Source of the DNA: Klebsormidium nitens
Lineage: Eukaryota > Plantae > Klebsormidiophyceae
Reading direction: 5' to 3'
DNA length: 64,000 bases
Assembly (NCBI GenBank): GCA_000708835.1
Contig: DF237281.1
Span: forward strand, 37,235 to 101,234
The first letter of the stretch is position 1. Each line of letters starts with the position of its first letter. Shown in pieces: positions 60,557-64,000 of the stretch. Under the pieces are notes generated by a model. That model did not search any database. It saw only the letters and a list, made by a program, of their open reading frames with translations, and had not been told where the DNA came from. Made by a program: the position numbers and the translations under genes.

Positions 60557-63500
60557 TTGGTAACCATGGAGTCTCAGACTAGTCTTCAGCATTTCAGCAA
60601 TGGGCTTGAGCATGTCGAGCAAGGTAGCCTGCGGTGCCTTTTGTCTGGTCAAATTAGGGTTGATCTTTCGAGTTGCAAGGAGCGTGTTGCAGTGAGATGC
60701 CTCTTGTGCTTGCATCAAGTTTGGGTGAAGAGCAAAGAGGCTGCGGGGTTGCAGAGGGTCAATTTTCGCAAAAGCGACCACGGCGCTCAAATGGGCTACC
60801 TTGTAAGCGCTGAGATCCCAAAGTCGAAGCAGTGCAAGCAGATTGTGTGTCTGCATTGCGTCAACAATCTGCTTGGCGTGGTTGGCGACAGCGCTGACGG
60901 GTTGTCGGTCACTCTAAGTGGTAGGAAGGACGGCGGGCGAGAGGCGACTCTCATGGAGCGGCAGACAAGGGATGGGGCATGGACTCAGACTCTGAAGCTC
61001 ACCGACGAGTTGATCGCCTTTCTTCATCGAGAGAACGCTAGGACAGTATCGGGACAGCGGCAGATCTCTACGGCGGCAACTCAAATAGGCAGCCGAGGCA
61101 TGGCCAAGGGGGTGCGGCCGAGAGCAGGCGGAGGTGCTTCCAACGAGGTGAGGCTTTGAATTTTTTCTTGATGAACATCACAACAAAAGATGCATGCCAA
61201 TCAAAGATCATGCTATTGCCCAGCTCGTGCAAAGTGCCATCTTTGTTACATTGCAAGGGTCGGGCATCGACAACGAGTCTCAAGAGAATTTACTGTGCTG
61301 CTGAGGTTGCTCGAAAACAATTCTGATTTGCGGGGGCATAAAGCAAAGGACTTGTTTCAAACTCGAGACTATAATTCGACTGGTGCTTTAGTATTGAGTT
61401 TGCCTGGTCGCAATGAGCAAGTTCGCCTAAGAGACTTGCTCTCTTGTCGTTCAAGAGGTGGTCGATCAGGGGGCGTTGAGCGTCAAGGAACAAGCCATGC
61501 GCTACCTGAAGCTGATGATATGCCCCGAGGAGTCGGCTCGCATGTACCTGCCGACGGGCTCCGCATCGCCGCCGCTCAGATTGTACATGACTAGTTGGGA
61601 TCACAACGGAGAGGGCCGCTTGAAAGGGCTGGGAAAGCCTGACAAGGTCCACGGGCTGCCAGAGAGTGTGTGGTGGAACGCGCTCGGCAAGCTCTGCTGC
61701 ACATGCAATCGGGGGAGATTGATGGAGGACGCGCCATGCGTCCATAAGCTGGCAATGGCGGCCCTCAGCGAAAGCTGGGTTCATACCGCGGAGCTACCCA
61801 CGTGCGAGTCGCTCGGCAGAGGGGCAAGGCTCGAGCGGATAGGGTCGGACGCGACGGGCAGCTACTTTGCGGTCGCCGACAACCTCCAAGGGGCGTTGGG
61901 GCCTCAGAGGCGCATGCTATTCCGCAGCTGCAAGGGGGTGTGGTACTGCGAAGGGAGAAGAGACGGATGCGCGAGCCTCACCGACTGCTCGCACGTCTCG
62001 GCGGCAAAGGCGGCCATGAGGTCGGATCATGAAGGGGCCGTCGCCATGGCCGATCGACTGATCCTCAGTCCTTTGGAGCCCTTCTCAAGGGCTTCGCTAA
62101 GCTGGCTTGAGCGATGGGAGGGGGGCTTGCCCGAGATTGGGGAGGTGCCTGCCGCGGTCCCCCCCTTACAAGGGGGGAGTGATGGGGGGTTGAAAAGTGA
62201 GGAGCGGTATCTAGTCGGTCTTCTCGAGAAGCGTCCCCACGAGCCGGCCAAGTGCGCTGGCGACTCATGCTTTTGCCGCCAACACGAGCGCTTGTTTGGA
62301 GAGGCTGCCGCTCAACCCATGGTGGAAAGTCGGATCGAGAGAGACGTGGAGCAGGGGGGTGCAGGAGAGGTGCACCCTCGCAAGAGGGCGAGGAGGAGCA
62401 AGGCGTTGTGGGCGGCGCATAGAGGGAGCCAGCACACGGAGGCGCCGGCCGGTTGGGATTCAAAACCGCCGGCGGACGCAAGGGGCAAGGTGGCAATCCG
62501 AGGTTGGGTAGACGCGTGCGCTAGCTGCACGTTGGCATCGTTGGCTCGAGACGGGCGATGCGAGCATGGGGAAGTTTCAAGGGTGCGCGTCCCCGTCATG
62601 TTGCTCACCACGGAGGCAACTCAGGTCACGAAGCCCAAGCTAGCGAGACTGAGCGACGCGGTCGAGTTCCACGACCCGCTCGTGACCTCGCTGGAGCGTC
62701 CCGTTCGCGTGAGCAAGTTGCGAGATTGCCACCTCGAGGAGCTTTCGGAGAAGGGGCTGCTGAGCGCTCCGTGCCCGTTGGAGGCCCCTCGGTGCGGCGG
62801 GGCATGGGAAGAGGCGTGGGTCGCGGCGGCCGTGACGGCGTCGTCGTGGAGCCAGCAAGTGCGGGTTCGGATCTACCACTGCCGATGCTTGGACGAGGCG
62901 CATGCCGTTCACTTTGACGGCGAGCACCTCGGGCTGTACGCGTGGAACCGAAGGACGATCTTCGTCCAAGAGAGTCTCCAATTGTTGCTTCGAGGCATGC
63001 AACACGGCCATTCCTTCAAGGCGGAGCTCGCAACGTCTCAGGCGGCCTTCCAGCGCTCACCCGACGCCATCGTTTTGAGCGAGGAGACGTGGCGCCGAGC
63101 GAGCCTCGACTACTTCAAGCTCGTTGGGCTGGGAATTCGGGATTGCTGCTCGCTATGCGGGCCCCATCCTAAGGTGAGAACGTGTCAACTTGATGGACAC
63201 GAGAATCTTCTGTCTCTCGTGTCTTTGCTGTCAAATGTTCCATGAACATATGATAAACACATTGAAATTAGTATAGGAGATTCGTGCACGTCCAATGACA
63301 TTCAGTGTACATTCAATGGTATTCAAGTGAAGTGTTTGCCCCTGCGAGTATCTCTTGTATGCGACGCTTATCGAATGATTTGGCTTGCTCAAGATACGCG
63401 TTGATGTACACTAAATTCAATGCTTGTGCAGGTACTCCTCTGTGACGGGATTGTCGGTTTGGCAAGCACGGACGGCGCAAAGAAGCCGGGCGGTCTCGGG

Positions 63501-64000
63501 AGCGGTGCCCTTGATGCGAGGCGCACCTTCTGCCATCCGAGCCGACACTCGAACGGAGAGATCCTCGAGAAGCGCTCCATCTCGGGGCGCGACTTCTGCG
63601 GCGCGGGTCTAGACGGGGGCGGAATGAAGCGCAAGCTTTTGCTCCAGCCCGAGCTGCGAGAGGCGCTTGCACGCCTTTCACAGCACCGACCAAAAGACGA
63701 GAAGCTCGGACAGCGGCTGTCGAAGGCCGAGTTTGGAGCTCTTCTCGACGGACTCGCACACGAGGACCCCCAAATCGTGAAGCGCTTTGGGCCCAATCAG
63801 GACGAAGGTCCGCTTGCGGAGGACGGCAGAAGGCGGCTCCTCAAGGAGCAGCAGACGATGGTCCGAGATCGGAACCTTGCCGTTTTCGAGCTGCTGACGG
63901 GCATCCAAGAGGACTTTGAGAGGCGAGGACGCAATGTGTGACAGTTGGACAGGGTTTACACGCTGCCTGTCTACTTCACATGTGCGGAAACCATGCGAGG
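60557..64000 (+). mobile_element. KDZ (Kyakuja-Dileera-Zisupton) transposase gene with SWIM fingers and CxC cluster, spliced, 3'-truncated by the window end
   Basis: SWIM-like CTCNRGRLMEDAPCVH and CEGRRDGCASLTDCSH. CxC4-like IYHCRCLDEAHAVHFDGEHLGLYAWNRRTIF. After intron 63174-63431 the sequence reads CSLCGPHPK|VLLCDG, the start of a KDZ catalytic region. ORF 60557-61147 can splice in frame to 61458. Confidence 0.7.

Noticed and set aside
1-64000. CRISPR array or rRNA
   Set aside because: No regularly spaced repeat-spacer array and no rRNA signature seen. The (GACAAGTN)x4 and 57-bp repeats have no spacer series.

Overview
Eukaryotic, GC-rich, intron-containing nuclear DNA. The plant-type SCAR, clade-D PP2C, plant-like Nup107 and Agenet genes point to a streptophyte green alga, probably Klebsormidium-like (inference). 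Protein genes in order: an Agenet/Tudor protein (5' end outside the window), a TFIIIC-delta/GTF3C4-like WD40 + C-terminal Zn-finger protein, a DAO-family FAD oxidoreductase, an F-box/LRR-like protein, SCAR/WAVE (minus), Nup107, an Aa_trans amino-acid transporter, a Tas-like aldo-keto reductase, a clade-D PP2C, and a SWIM/CxC/KDZ (Zisupton-like) transposase cut by the window end. Between Nup107 and the transporter lies about 14 kb with no credible protein gene. It holds eight copies of a tRNA-framed RNA gene, and a ninth copy sits at 53.9 kb. Each copy has a tRNA acceptor stem, D-arm (A box) and T-arm (B box), but the anticodon arm is replaced by a large, structured, copy-specific insert, giving 188-284 nt per gene. 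Most copies also have a CCCAC (USE-like) motif near -70, a TATA-like box near -35, a further shared motif near -100 and an oligo-T Pol III terminator. Three copies carry the G3.U70/A73 alanine identity elements and a 3' end nearly identical to that of bacterial tmRNA. This family is the best candidate for an undescribed system. All analysis was done by eye: splice sites and RNA helices are manual readings, and no database search or folding program was run.
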